Counted from the stretch's first letter, positions 9,387 to 18,102 are shown. The stretch is 64,000 nt of DNA from Candidatus Sericytochromatia bacterium (GCA_035286125.1 JAYKIS010000053.1:11210-75209), one strand, 5' to 3'. Made by a program: numbers and translations. The notes: a model not told the origin generated them from the sequence alone.

Positions 9387-11324
9387 CTAGACCGGAACCC
9401 CCAGCTTGCGCCTGAGATTCTGGGACACCATCCGCTGCGTCATCGAGGGCAGGGGCCCCGAGGAGCCCATGCGGTTGAAGACGTCACCCTGGATATCCGG
9501 CGGCAAGCTGGCGATGACCGTCTCGGCGAACGAGGGATCGAGCTGGGCCAGCACGCCCGCCACTGTTGCCGGACGCTCCGTCGCGAGTGCCTCGGCAAGC
9601 TGCTCGGGACCGACCTGGTAAGCGAAGTCGAAAGGACCTTCCCCGGCCCCGGCCTGCTGCTGGGCCCCGTAGCCCTGCTGCTGGGGCGCGCCATAGGCAG
9701 CCTGAGCCCCGTAAGCCGATTGGTCCTGGTCGAACCCGCCCATCTGGGGCATCCCGCCGGGCAAGGCACCTAGCTGTTCGGGCGTCGGGAAGCCGCCCAA
9801 GGCACCTGGCCCCTCGAAGCCGGCGGGCAAGGCCTCGGCATCGAGCCCCGAGGACAGGACATCGAAGGGATTCTCGGTCGACCGCTTGCGACGGGAGACG
9901 AGCGCGACGATGGCGGCGAAGACGAAGGCCGCGACACCGCCCCAGATGACGAGGTTCCAGCCCACGGCACCCTTCTTCTTGGCGGCGGCCTTCGCTTCGG
10001 CCTCCTTCTTGCTGAGCTGGTCCTTGAGCTGGTCCATCAGGGTCGTGTCGAACTTGACGCGCTCGACCGTCACCTGGTCCCGACGGGCCGGATCGGCACC
10101 CGCTGCAGCCGCAATCACGTTGCGCAGCTTGTCCACGGCCTCGGGCTTCACGGTTTCGGGCAAGAGCACGGCGATGCTCATGCGCTTGATGTTGCCCGAG
10201 GCCGTCTGGACGATCTGGTCCTCCTGGTTGAAGGCGGGCTGTTCCCGGATGTTCTCGCGGGAGGTCTCCTGACCCTGCGCCGCCCCGGTCACGCCGGGCT
10301 GGCCGGCGACGTTGCCGGGCAACAAAGGATAGCTGGGAAGATTGGCCGAGGTCCCGGGCGCCGCACCCTGGGCGCCATTCTTGAGCGTCTCGCGCTGGAC
10401 GGATCGGGCGCTGCTCATCGGTTCGCCGTTGGCCGTGACTGGCGCGAGCAGGCGATTGCGGACCTGCCGCTTGTTGAAATCGAGTTCGAGGCGAACCCGA
10501 ACCACCGACTTGCCATTGCCCACGAGTTTGTCCAGCAGCAACTGCAGGCTGGTCTGGATCTCGCTCTCCATCGACCGGGTGATCTTCATCTGCTGGTCGA
10601 TGGCCCGCGAGACCAGTCGCTCGTTGTTGTCTCCGATGTTCGTCTCGAGGCCGCTCGAAATCAGGTTGCCCTGATCGTCCACGATCGTGACGTTGTCGGT
10701 CAGCAGACCGGGCACCGCCGAAGCCACCATGTGCTGAATGCCCTCGACCTGCTGGGCGGTCAACTGGCGATTCGATTCCATCTTGACCATGACGCTCGCC
10801 GTGATGGCCTTCTTCTCCTGCTGGAAAAGGGTGTCCTCAGGCATATTGACCAGGACCGTGGCGTCCTCGACGCCCTGCACCTTGCGCACCAGGCGGGTCA
10901 ACTCGCCGTTCAGCGCGCGAAGGAAGGCAATCTTCTTGTCGAAATCCGTCGAGATGAAGTCCTTCTTGTTGAAGATCTCGAGGCCCTGATTGTTGGGGTT
11001 CTTGGGGACCTGCGCCTCGCCGAGTGCGACCCGGGCATCGACAACCTTGTCCTTCTGGACCAGGAGGGTGCCATCTTCCGTGAACTTGAACTCCCTGATT
11101 TTCTGGGCCTTGAGTGCAGCCGCAGCCTCATCCATCTCCTTGGGCTGAAGGTACTTGAAAACCACCTCGTAGCCTGATTCCTGCTCCCGCGCCTGAGGGT
11201 CTTCCTTCTTGCCCCCGGACATCACCGCAAAGGCAATGGCCACCACCAGCAGCAGCACCAGGCCGGCGCCGCCGCCCAGCAGGGCGATGCGCTGCTGGGG
11301 TGTCAGGTTTTGCAGGAAGCCCAT
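9387..11324 (-). CDS. fliF: flagellar MS-ring protein FliF with an extended C-terminus (Q/G/A-rich linker plus FliG-middle-like helical module)
   Basis: 645 aa. It has an N-terminal TM helix, a YscJ/FliF periplasmic region and a second TM helix (WNLVIWGGVAAFVFAAIVALV). About 165 further residues follow it; see findings. Confidence 0.9.
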   Translation of the reverse strand: MGFLQNLTPQQRIALLGGGAGLVLLLVVAIAFAVMSGGKKEDPQAREQESGYEVVFKYLQPKEMDEAAAALKAQKIREFKFTEDGTLLVQKDKVVDARVALGEAQVPKNPNNQGLEIFNKKDFISTDFDKKIAFLRALNGELTRLVRKVQGVEDATVLVNMPEDTLFQQEKKAITASVMVKMESNRQLTAQQVEGIQHMVASAVPGLLTDNVTIVDDQGNLISSGLETNIGDNNERLVSRAIDQQMKITRSMESEIQTSLQLLLDKLVGNGKSVVRVRLELDFNKRQVRNRLLAPVTANGEPMSSARSVQRETLKNGAQGAAPGTSANLPSYPLLPGNVAGQPGVTGAAQGQETSRENIREQPAFNQEDQIVQTASGNIKRMSIAVLLPETVKPEAVDKLRNVIAAAAGADPARRDQVTVERVKFDTTLMDQLKDQLSKKEAEAKAAAKKKGAVGWNLVIWGGVAAFVFAAIVALVSRRKRSTENPFDVLSSGLDAEALPAGFEGPGALGGFPTPEQLGALPGGMPQMGGFDQDQSAYGAQAAYGAPQQQGYGAQQQAGAGEGPFDFAYQVGPEQLAEALATERPATVAGVLAQLDPSFAETVIASLPPDIQGDVFNRMGSSGPLPSMTQRMVSQNLRRKLGVPV

Positions 11325-11331
11325 GCCGCGT

Positions 11332-11709
11332 TCAGATCTGGAGGTTCATCAGGGTCTGGAAGGACTGGGCCATCTTGTTGGTGACGCTGCTGGTGAGATG
11401 GACCAACGTCTCCGCCTTGGCGTTCTCAATCATGACGGCATGGGGGTCCACCGCCTTGCCGAGGGCAAAGTCCATCGTGATCTGCTCCGAACGGGCCTGC
11501 TGCGCATTGACCGAATCGATGGCATCGTTCAGCACGGCCATGAAGTGCGCACCTGGACCATCATCCTCGCTTGCCGCAAAGGAATCGGTGACGGACGGCA
11601 TCTTGCTGTCGGCCGACAGCGCGTCCGGCATCGCCGGAAAGTCCCCGAACGCGGGAAAGCCCCCCATGGCCTGACCGATACCCGGGGCACGGAACCCATC
11701 GATACGCAT
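11332..11709 (-). CDS. fliE: flagellar hook-basal body complex protein FliE
   Basis: 125 aa. The C-terminal half (FMAVLNDAIDSVNAQQARSEQITMDFALGKAVDPHAVMIENAKAETLVHLTSSVTNKMAQSFQTLMNLQI) follows the FliE pattern. It sits between flgC and fliF. Confidence 0.8.
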   Translation of the reverse strand: MRIDGFRAPGIGQAMGGFPAFGDFPAMPDALSADSKMPSVTDSFAASEDDGPGAHFMAVLNDAIDSVNAQQARSEQITMDFALGKAVDPHAVMIENAKAETLVHLTSSVTNKMAQSFQTLMNLQI

Positions 11710-11712
11710 CCG

Positions 11713-12111
11713 CTACCTCCCGATGTCCATGGACTTGTTGGCCATCGACTTGATGGCCTGCATCACGGTGACATTGGCGTCGTAGCTGCGCTGCACGCCG
11801 ATCATGTCGACCATCTCGGTCACGACGTTGACGTTGGGCATGCTGACGAAGCCGTCCTTGTCGGCATCGGGATGCCCAGGCTTGTAGACCCGTTGGAGGG
11901 GACTCTGGTCCTGCTCGATGGCCGATACGCGAACGCCCTGGATCTCGGCATCGAGGACCTCGGAAAACAGCGGGACCTTGCGTCGGTAGGGTCCCCCCTC
12001 CTCGGTCCGGGTGGTCTGCGCGTTGGCCAGGTTGCCCGCGATGACCTCGAGCCACATGCGGTTGGCCGCAAGGGCGCTTTCCCCCGTATTGAAGACGTTC
12101 ATCAGGCTCAT
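11713..12111 (-). CDS. flgC: flagellar basal-body rod protein FlgC
   Basis: Lies in ORF 11713..12201. The likely start is ATG 12111 (MSLMNVFNTGESALAANRMWLEVIAGNLANAQT), preceded by GGAGGTG. It has the rod-protein N-terminal motif and the C-terminal NVNVVTEMVDMI. Confidence 0.9.
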   Translation of the reverse strand: MSLMNVFNTGESALAANRMWLEVIAGNLANAQTTRTEEGGPYRRKVPLFSEVLDAEIQGVRVSAIEQDQSPLQRVYKPGHPDADKDGFVSMPNVNVVTEMVDMIGVQRSYDANVTVMQAIKSMANKSMDIGR

Positions 12112-12203
12112 CGGACGCCACCTCCAGCGAAAACCGGGCCAAGACCGTTCGCGTCCCTTGTACCCCCGGATGATGCAACCGAAAAGTTCGCCAACAAACA
12201 ATT

Positions 12204-12236
12204 AAAAAGGCCCCGGAGCATCCCCCGGGGCCCTTT
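12204..12236 (-). terminator. intrinsic-terminator-like hairpin plus T-run between flgB and flgC
   Basis: The minus strand reads GGCCCCGG-gggatgct-CCGGGGCC followed by TTTTTAATTGTTTGTT. It starts 8 nt after the flgB stop, inside a 132-nt flgB-flgC spacer. Confidence 0.6.
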
Positions 12237-12243
12237 CCGATGC

Positions 12244-12645
12244 TTACTTGGCGTCGATGACGAACTTGAGGTCCCGGTAGTCCCCGGCAAGGCTGGTCGC
12301 CAGCACATTGAAGCGCAAGGCGGCCTGAGTGGCGGCGGACACTTCCTTCTCGAGGACCACGCCGTTGCCATCCAGACGTTGCGGACGGCGCTCATCGACC
12401 TCGGTACGCGGTTGCCACTGCTCGAGCAGATAGGACGGATCCTCTGGGGCCTCGGTCCGTTCCGGGTCGATGGGTACCTCCATCGAGTCAAGGACCTCGG
12501 CGAGGGAATCCTCGAATTTCACATCCCGGCGCGCATAGCCTGGCGTATGAACATTGGCCAGGTTGAGCGCCGTCGCCTCCATGCGCCGTGACAAGCCATC
12601 CATCGCCCGCTCGATGCCGCGGACTTCCTTGCCGAACAGGTCCAT
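12244..12645 (-). CDS. flgB: flagellar basal-body rod protein FlgB
   Basis: Lies in ORF 12244..12666. The likely start is ATG 12645 (MDLFGKEV...), preceded by AGGAGG. ATALNLANVHTPGYARRDV is the rod-protein signature. Confidence 0.85.
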   Translation of the reverse strand: MDLFGKEVRGIERAMDGLSRRMEATALNLANVHTPGYARRDVKFEDSLAEVLDSMEVPIDPERTEAPEDPSYLLEQWQPRTEVDERRPQRLDGNGVVLEKEVSAATQAALRFNVLATSLAGDYRDLKFVIDAK

Positions 12646-12659
12646 CTTGTCCTCCTGTC

Positions 12660-13382
12660 CTACCAACTGATGAAGTCGTCAATCGACTTCTTCTTGCCCA
12701 GTTTCTGACGCACCTGACTGAGTGCACGCCGATGGATTCGGCTGACCCAGGACTCGGAAAGGCCCAGCATCTCGCCAATCTCGGCGAAGCTCATGTTCTT
12801 GAAGTAGTAGTTCTCGAGCGTGATGCGCTCGCGATCTTCGAGCAACTGGATCGTGAGCTTCAGGATGCGATGCAGGTCCTGCTCCTCGAGCTCCTTCTGC
12901 TTGTTGTCCCAGCGGCCCAACTGGTCGAGCCGCGAGTACCCGTCGTCTCCGTCGCCACCGGCGGGGTCGTCGAGCGAGAGCAGGTAGCTGTAGGCCAGCT
13001 CCGTGACACGATTGACCATGAGGGCCGCCTCGCCCTCGTCATCGCCCTCGGCAGGGGCGCCCTCCGGAGCCTCCGCGGGCTTTTCGCCCTTGATCTTCGG
13101 GGGCTTGGGAAGCTTGGGCAGGTTGTCGAGCATGGCGCCACGGATGTAGTAAGTGGCAAAGGTCTCGAACTTGACGCCGCGTTCGGGGTCGAAGCGATCG
13201 TGGGCCATCATCAGACCCATCCAGCCGTCGGCGATCAGTTCCTCGAGTTCGTAATGCTGGGGCAGCTTGCCGAGTTGCTTGCGGGCGATGCTGCGAACCA
13301 GACCCTCGTACTTCTTGATCTGCGCGGCATCGAGCGCCGGTGCCCCCTTGGAGCCCGGCATCGTGGCACGCTTGTCGCTCAT
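12660..13382 (-). CDS. fliA: RNA polymerase sigma factor, FliA/WhiG (sigma-28) type
   Basis: 240 aa. Region 2 (LIADGWMGLMMAHDRFDPERGVKFETFATYYIRGAM) and region 4 HTH (FAEIGEMLGLSESWVSRIHRRALSQVRQKL). An acidic/Pro-rich insert lies between them. The gene is embedded in the flagellar operon. Confidence 0.85.
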   Translation of the reverse strand: MSDKRATMPGSKGAPALDAAQIKKYEGLVRSIARKQLGKLPQHYELEELIADGWMGLMMAHDRFDPERGVKFETFATYYIRGAMLDNLPKLPKPPKIKGEKPAEAPEGAPAEGDDEGEAALMVNRVTELAYSYLLSLDDPAGGDGDDGYSRLDQLGRWDNKQKELEEQDLHRILKLTIQLLEDRERITLENYYFKNMSFAEIGEMLGLSESWVSRIHRRALSQVRQKLGKKKSIDDFISW

Positions 13383-13822
13383 GAGGGTCCGGCTTCTCCC
13401 TTGCCCGTTTCCGTCTTGCCGGCTTCTCTAGGCGTCAGGCGATCGACGATCAGGTCGACGAGGGGGTTGCCCTGATCGACGAAGTTCCTGGCCATCGCCT
13501 GGTCGAAGAAGTCCATGAACATCTCGGTGTCCCCGCCCCCTAGCAGGCTGTCCTCCTCCTTGGGGCGCATCTCCGCAAACATGTACCCGAAAAGAATGCT
13601 TGCGAACGCCTTGGCCGCCTCCTCGGGGTTGGTCGGTCCGACCATCGTGCCCGGGGTAGCATCCGAAGGGGTGACGAGCGGCAGCGCGCCGGACACCTGG
13701 GCCTGCTGGGGCAAACCCGGAGGAAGCGACCCCTGGAGCGGATCGGGGAGCCCGACGGCGGCCGACGACGTGGCCTTACGGTAACCGGACGGTGGCAGGC
13801 CGGGAGGAGGAGGGACCTGCAT
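13379..13822 (-). CDS. flagellar rod-binding protein (FlgJ N-terminal-domain-like, no muramidase domain)
   Basis: 147 aa. EEAAKAFASILFGYMFAEMRPK...FMDFFDQAMARNF matches the Rod_binding pattern. It has 1-nt and 4-nt overlaps with flgI and fliA respectively. Confidence 0.6.
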   Translation of the reverse strand: MQVPPPPGLPPSGYRKATSSAAVGLPDPLQGSLPPGLPQQAQVSGALPLVTPSDATPGTMVGPTNPEEAAKAFASILFGYMFAEMRPKEEDSLLGGGDTEMFMDFFDQAMARNFVDQGNPLVDLIVDRLTPREAGKTETGKGEAGPS

Positions 13823-14949
13823 CAGATGATCTCCAACTGGGCGTTGAGCGCACCAGCCGCCTTGATGTTCTGAAGGATGGTGATCAGGTCGCGCGGGGTC
13901 GTACCGAGGGCATTGAGGGCCCGCACCAGAGTCCCGAGCGTCGTCCCCTTGTCGAAGATGACGGCCTTGGCTTTCTGTTCTTCTGCCGAGACCTGGGACT
14001 CCTGGGTCACGGTCGTCTGGCCTCCGGCCAAAGGGTTCGGCTGCGAAACGTTGAACTTGGTCTCGACCTTGATGATGAGGCCTCCGTGGCTGATCGCCAC
14101 GGGATCGATCTTGACGTTGGAGCCGAGGATGACCGTGCCCGTGCGCTCCTCGACCACGACCCGCGCCACAGCGTCGGGTGCGACCTCGAGACCCTCGAGG
14201 CGCGCCACGAGGTCGACAAGGTTGTCCCGATACTGGTTGGTCACATAGACCCGGATGGTGCCGGCATCGAGCGCCTGGGCCGAGCCCAGGTACGAGCGGC
14301 CGATCGCCGCGGCGGCACGTGATGCCGTGATGAAGTCGGGGTTGTTGAGATTGATGTACAGGAAGCCGTTGGCATCGAGCACGGTGACGGGAACCTCGCG
14401 CTCGACGAAGCCCCCGTTGGGGATACGCGCGACCAGCGCGGGATTCTTCTTGACCTGCGAACCGTTGACCTCGATGCCGAAGCCACCGGTACTCAGCGGA
14501 CCTTGCCCCACGGCATAGACCTTGTCATCGGCGGCCTTCAGCGCCGTCGGGATCAGGACGCCGTTGTTCAGGCTGCGGGCATCACCGATGGACGAGACCG
14601 TGACGTCGATGGTCTGGCCGGGCTTGTAGAAGGGCGGTAGACGGGCGTCGACGGAAACGACGGCGACATTGCGGGTCCGCAGTCGCTCCGTCGGGAACAT
14701 GCCCGAGGCCTGGATGAAGTTGCGCAGGGCCCGCTCCGTGAATCCCGTGGTCTGCGAGTCTCCCGTGCCGTCGAGACCGACGACGAGGCCCACACCATGA
14801 AGGATGTTGGACCGCGCTCCCGAGACCGTCGCGATGTCCTTGAGGCGGGCAGGCTTGCCCTGCAGGACCTGCGCCCGGGCCTCGAGGACCGGCGCCAGCA
14901 ACAGCGCGAACAGGGCGAGGACCGCGGCAACGGGGTGGGCTTGTCTCAA
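13822..14949 (-). CDS. flgI: flagellar P-ring protein FlgI
   Basis: 375 aa. Signal peptide, then RLKDIATVSGARSNILHGVGLVVGLDGTGD and the C-terminal LVRALNALGTTPRDLITILQNIKAAGAL. Confidence 0.9.
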   Translation of the reverse strand: MRQAHPVAAVLALFALLLAPVLEARAQVLQGKPARLKDIATVSGARSNILHGVGLVVGLDGTGDSQTTGFTERALRNFIQASGMFPTERLRTRNVAVVSVDARLPPFYKPGQTIDVTVSSIGDARSLNNGVLIPTALKAADDKVYAVGQGPLSTGGFGIEVNGSQVKKNPALVARIPNGGFVEREVPVTVLDANGFLYINLNNPDFITASRAAAAIGRSYLGSAQALDAGTIRVYVTNQYRDNLVDLVARLEGLEVAPDAVARVVVEERTGTVILGSNVKIDPVAISHGGLIIKVETKFNVSQPNPLAGGQTTVTQESQVSAEEQKAKAVIFDKGTTLGTLVRALNALGTTPRDLITILQNIKAAGALNAQLEII

Positions 14950-14961
14950 GGTGGCAGGTTC

Positions 14962-15588
14962 CTAGAAGAGCCAGTTCAGCAGGCGGGTGAACAGGCCAGG
15001 CGTGGTCTTGGCCGTATTGGGGCCCGACCCTTGGTATTCGAGTTGGAAGCCGGCGATGCGCTCGCTGGGGATGCGGTTGTCGATCCCGATGTCCCAGGGA
15101 CGGACGACGCCCGAGATGACGACTGTGGACTTCTCGTCGTTGACCACCAGCTCCTTGGAGCCCTTGATACGCATCGAGCCATCAGGAAGGATTTCGGTGA
15201 TCTGGGCCGCGACCAGCATCGAGATGGCACCACCCCGGCGAGTCACGCCGTCGCCATTGAAGTCGGACTTGCCGACCATCTCGACCTGATTGTTGAAAGC
15301 ACCCTGGTTGTTGCCGCCCAGCCCGAAAATCGTACCGAAGTCCCAGGAAGACGTGACCTTGGAGTCCTTGATGGTGCGCGTCGTCGCCGCCTGTTCCGCC
15401 TGGATGTTCTCGGTCACGACAACCGTCACCAGGGAACCGGGGCCGATGGCCATCCGCCGATCGCCGACCTGGTCGCTGATCAGTCCCCCGTAGTTGCTGT
15501 CCGGGAAAAGCGAGTCGGCCCGGGCCGTCCGGGCGGGGACAAACGCCACGGTCACAAGAAGCGCCAACGCGAGAAGTCTGCGGTTCAT
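14962..15588 (-). CDS. flgH: flagellar L-ring lipoprotein FlgH
   Basis: Lies in ORF 14962..15984. The start is ATG 15588 (MNRRLLALALLVTVAF...). SLFPD, DRRMAIGPGSLVTVVVTENIQA and SGVVRPWDIGIDNRIPSERIA are FlgH hallmarks. Confidence 0.9.
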   Translation of the reverse strand: MNRRLLALALLVTVAFVPARTARADSLFPDSNYGGLISDQVGDRRMAIGPGSLVTVVVTENIQAEQAATTRTIKDSKVTSSWDFGTIFGLGGNNQGAFNNQVEMVGKSDFNGDGVTRRGGAISMLVAAQITEILPDGSMRIKGSKELVVNDEKSTVVISGVVRPWDIGIDNRIPSERIAGFQLEYQGSGPNTAKTTPGLFTRLLNWLF

Positions 15589-15593
15589 TCCAA

Positions 15594-16325
15594 TTACTCC
15601 CCGAGATCCATCTCGACCACCTCGGCATCCCGGACCCGCGCCAGGAAGTCCTTGCGGGACGAAGGGTTCACGATGCGGATGACCTGCCCGACACGGCCAT
15701 CCTGCAAGGCAGTGCCCTGCCCGAGGACCTCGAGTCCGCCACTGCGGACATGCACGCGGACCGTCGCTCCCTGGCGCACCACGGGCGGCAGGTCCAGCAC
15801 ATTCGTGATGAGCACGCTGCCGCTGGCCAGGCTGCGCACCAGCTTGGCCCCGATCAACGCCCCGATATCCAGCAGAACAGATCCCGTCACGCGGCTCTGG
15901 GCCAGGCGACGCATCTCGATGTCCGCCGGGGCCAACGAAGCCCCCCGCTGCATCGGATGGGCAAGCACCGGCAGGTTGCGCCACGCCTCGACCGCAAAAC
16001 GGGGAACCACCGATGCGACCTTGCGCCCGGTGCCATCGAGCACGTCGAAGGACACGGGTACGGAAGGCCCCAACTGGCGGATGGGGCCGGCGAGGCGCAG
16101 GGTCGCGTCGACCGTGCCCTTGGGCACCAGGCTCGCGATCTCGGGAAGCAGCGGCCGAACCTCGATTTCCCCGGCCGGATACTGGACCTGAAGTGCCGCA
16201 CGGACCATGTCGACGGCAGTCCGACCGATCGAGGTCCGCGCCTCGACCGGCGACGAGACGGCGAGCAGCAGGGCGAGGGCGGCCGCAGCCCCCCCCCGCA
16301 TACCTCCTGCCCGCATCTTGCTCAC
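15594..16325 (-). CDS. flgA: flagellar P-ring assembly chaperone FlgA (SAF domain)
   Basis: 243 aa. Signal peptide; the C-terminal GATVRVHVRSGGLEVLGQGTALQDGRVGQVIRIVNPSSRKDFLARV is the typical FlgA end. Confidence 0.75.
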   Translation of the reverse strand: MSKMRAGGMRGGAAAALALLLAVSSPVEARTSIGRTAVDMVRAALQVQYPAGEIEVRPLLPEIASLVPKGTVDATLRLAGPIRQLGPSVPVSFDVLDGTGRKVASVVPRFAVEAWRNLPVLAHPMQRGASLAPADIEMRRLAQSRVTGSVLLDIGALIGAKLVRSLASGSVLITNVLDLPPVVRQGATVRVHVRSGGLEVLGQGTALQDGRVGQVIRIVNPSSRKDFLARVRDAEVVEMDLGE

Positions 16326-16336
16326 GTTCCCGACCG

Positions 16337-17116
16337 CTACCGGATGAGGCCGTTGGTCGACTCCATCATCTTGTCGGAAACATTGATGGCTTTTGAAGAG
16401 GTGTCATAAGCCTTCTGAGTCGCGATCATCATGACCATCTCGGTCACGAGCTCGACGTTCGAGGCCTCGAGAGCACCCTGAACGACCCGCCCAAGGCCTT
16501 CGGAACCTCCATTGGCCGGCCCGATCGTCCTTCCGGCCGCGTCCGAAATCGTGTACAGGTTATTGCCAATCGACATCAAGCCCGCGGGGTTCGGGAAGTT
16601 GACGAGCTGCAGGTTCCCCAGGATCTGCACAGGCCCACTGCCTTGCAGGCGACCAAAGATAGCGCCGTCCTCCCGGATGCGGATTTCCGTGGCACCACCC
16701 ACCTGCAATCCATCCCCCACGACGAGGCCCGACGAGGTCACGAGCAGGCCCTGGTTATTGATCTTGAACGAGCCATCACGGGTATAGGCCTTGTTGCCGA
16801 TCACCCGTGAATCGGTAGTCGTGACCTCGAAAAAGCCGGGTCCATCGATGGCGACATCCAGAGGGTTGTTGGTGACCTGCATGTTGCCCTGGGCGTGGTA
16901 CTTGGAGATGGCAGACGGCCGGACGCCCAGCCCTACCTGCATGCCGGCCGTCTCGACACCCGGCGCCTGAACGGCCTGGTAGAGCAAATCCTGAAAGTCC
17001 ACCTGGCTCTTCTTGTACGAAGTGGTGTTGACGTTCGCCAGATTGTTGGCGATGGCATCGATGCGCATCTGCTGCGCCTGCATGCCGGTCGCGGCGGTCC
17101 AGATCGAATGCATCAT
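16337..17116 (-). CDS. flgG: flagellar distal rod protein FlgG
   Basis: 259 aa. MMHSIWTAATGMQAQQMRIDAIANNLANVNTTSYK and the C-terminal LEASNVELVTEMVMMIATQKAYD. Confidence 0.9.
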   Translation of the reverse strand: MMHSIWTAATGMQAQQMRIDAIANNLANVNTTSYKKSQVDFQDLLYQAVQAPGVETAGMQVGLGVRPSAISKYHAQGNMQVTNNPLDVAIDGPGFFEVTTTDSRVIGNKAYTRDGSFKINNQGLLVTSSGLVVGDGLQVGGATEIRIREDGAIFGRLQGSGPVQILGNLQLVNFPNPAGLMSIGNNLYTISDAAGRTIGPANGGSEGLGRVVQGALEASNVELVTEMVMMIATQKAYDTSSKAINVSDKMMESTNGLIR

Positions 17117-17143
17117 GAAGACATTCCTCCGTGGAACAGGGGG

Positions 17144-17875
17144 TTACTGGGTGCGGCCAAGGTCGTTGCTGGCCTTTTGCAGGAGTTGGTCATGCACCGT
17201 AACCAGCTTCTGCCCGAGGCCAAAGTGCCGATTGGCCTCGATAAGTCCCATCATCTCGGTCACGATGTTGACGTTCGAGGACTCGAGGAAGCCCTGCTGC
17301 AAGCGACCGCCATCGGCCGGCAGCAGCGCGCCCTGTGCGACGGGAAAGCCGGCCATCTGGGCTACGGAGGGCGTGAACAGCCCGATCCGGCCGAGGACCC
17401 CGTCCGTCCCGCGCACGGTGCCATCAGCCTCGATCTTGAGGCCGTTGAGATCCTGCGGCATTTCGATGGGCGCAAGGCCCGTGTCGAGGATACGCTCCCC
17501 GTTGCCGGTTACAAGGTAGCGATCGGCATCGAGCCTGAGCTGGCCATTCCGGGTGAATACCCGCGTACCGTCGGCGCGCTGGGCAAGCATCTGATGATCG
17601 TCGGTCTCGACGGCCACATCGAGCAGGCCGTCGGTACGCCGAAGGCTTCCTGCCTTGCCATCCCGGGCCACCTCGTCGATCTGGGCCCCCAACTGGACGC
17701 GCCCCGGATCGGCATCGCCCGTCAGGTCGACCAGGACGTCCCCGAAGGACCGGACGACCGCTTCCTTGCGCTTGTAGCCCGTCGTCGCCGAGTTGGCGAG
17801 GTTGTCGGCCATCACGTCCACCATGTGCGTGTTGAGCTGCATGGCGGAGGCTGCCGTGTAGATGCCGCGAATCAT
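17144..17875 (-). CDS. flgF: flagellar proximal rod protein FlgF
   Basis: 243 aa. MIRGIYTAASAMQLNTHMVDVMADNLANSATTGYK and LESSNVNIVTEMMGLIEANRHF. It lies immediately upstream of flgG. Confidence 0.8.
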   Translation of the reverse strand: MIRGIYTAASAMQLNTHMVDVMADNLANSATTGYKRKEAVVRSFGDVLVDLTGDADPGRVQLGAQIDEVARDGKAGSLRRTDGLLDVAVETDDHQMLAQRADGTRVFTRNGQLRLDADRYLVTGNGERILDTGLAPIEMPQDLNGLKIEADGTVRGTDGVLGRIGLFTPSVAQMAGFPVAQGALLPADGGRLQQGFLESSNVNIVTEMMGLIEANRHFGLGQKLVTVHDQLLQKASNDLGRTQ

Positions 17876-18102
17876 CGACGCCCCTCCTTCGTTCCCGAGA
17901 CTTCGACCTGCTGATCCAGCGCAAAGACGAACCCCAGCGTCTCCGCCACGGCGGCGGCAAGCTCGGGAGGCACGGCCCGGGGGTCCAGCTGGCCCAGCAC
18001 CCGCGTCAGCGCCGCTGCCTCGGCAGGCGGCGCTCCGTAGGCCTCGGCGACCTGCGCCAGGCTGTTCCAGAGGGCGTCATCGTCGGGACGGTTGCCTTTC
18101 AC
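17872..18102 (-). CDS. small protein resembling the C-terminal part of FlhB-C / EscU-YscU-HrcU-type switch domain proteins
   Basis: 76 aa. LAQVAEAYGAPPAEAAALTRVLGQLDPRAVPPELAAAVAETLGFVFALDQQ parallels the ...IPI.EDP.LA..L....L...IP.ELY..VAE.LAFVY.LD pattern of small FlhB-like proteins. It has 4-nt overlaps with both neighbours. Confidence 0.4.
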   Translation of the reverse strand: MKGNRPDDDALWNSLAQVAEAYGAPPAEAAALTRVLGQLDPRAVPPELAAAVAETLGFVFALDQQVEVSGTKEGRR

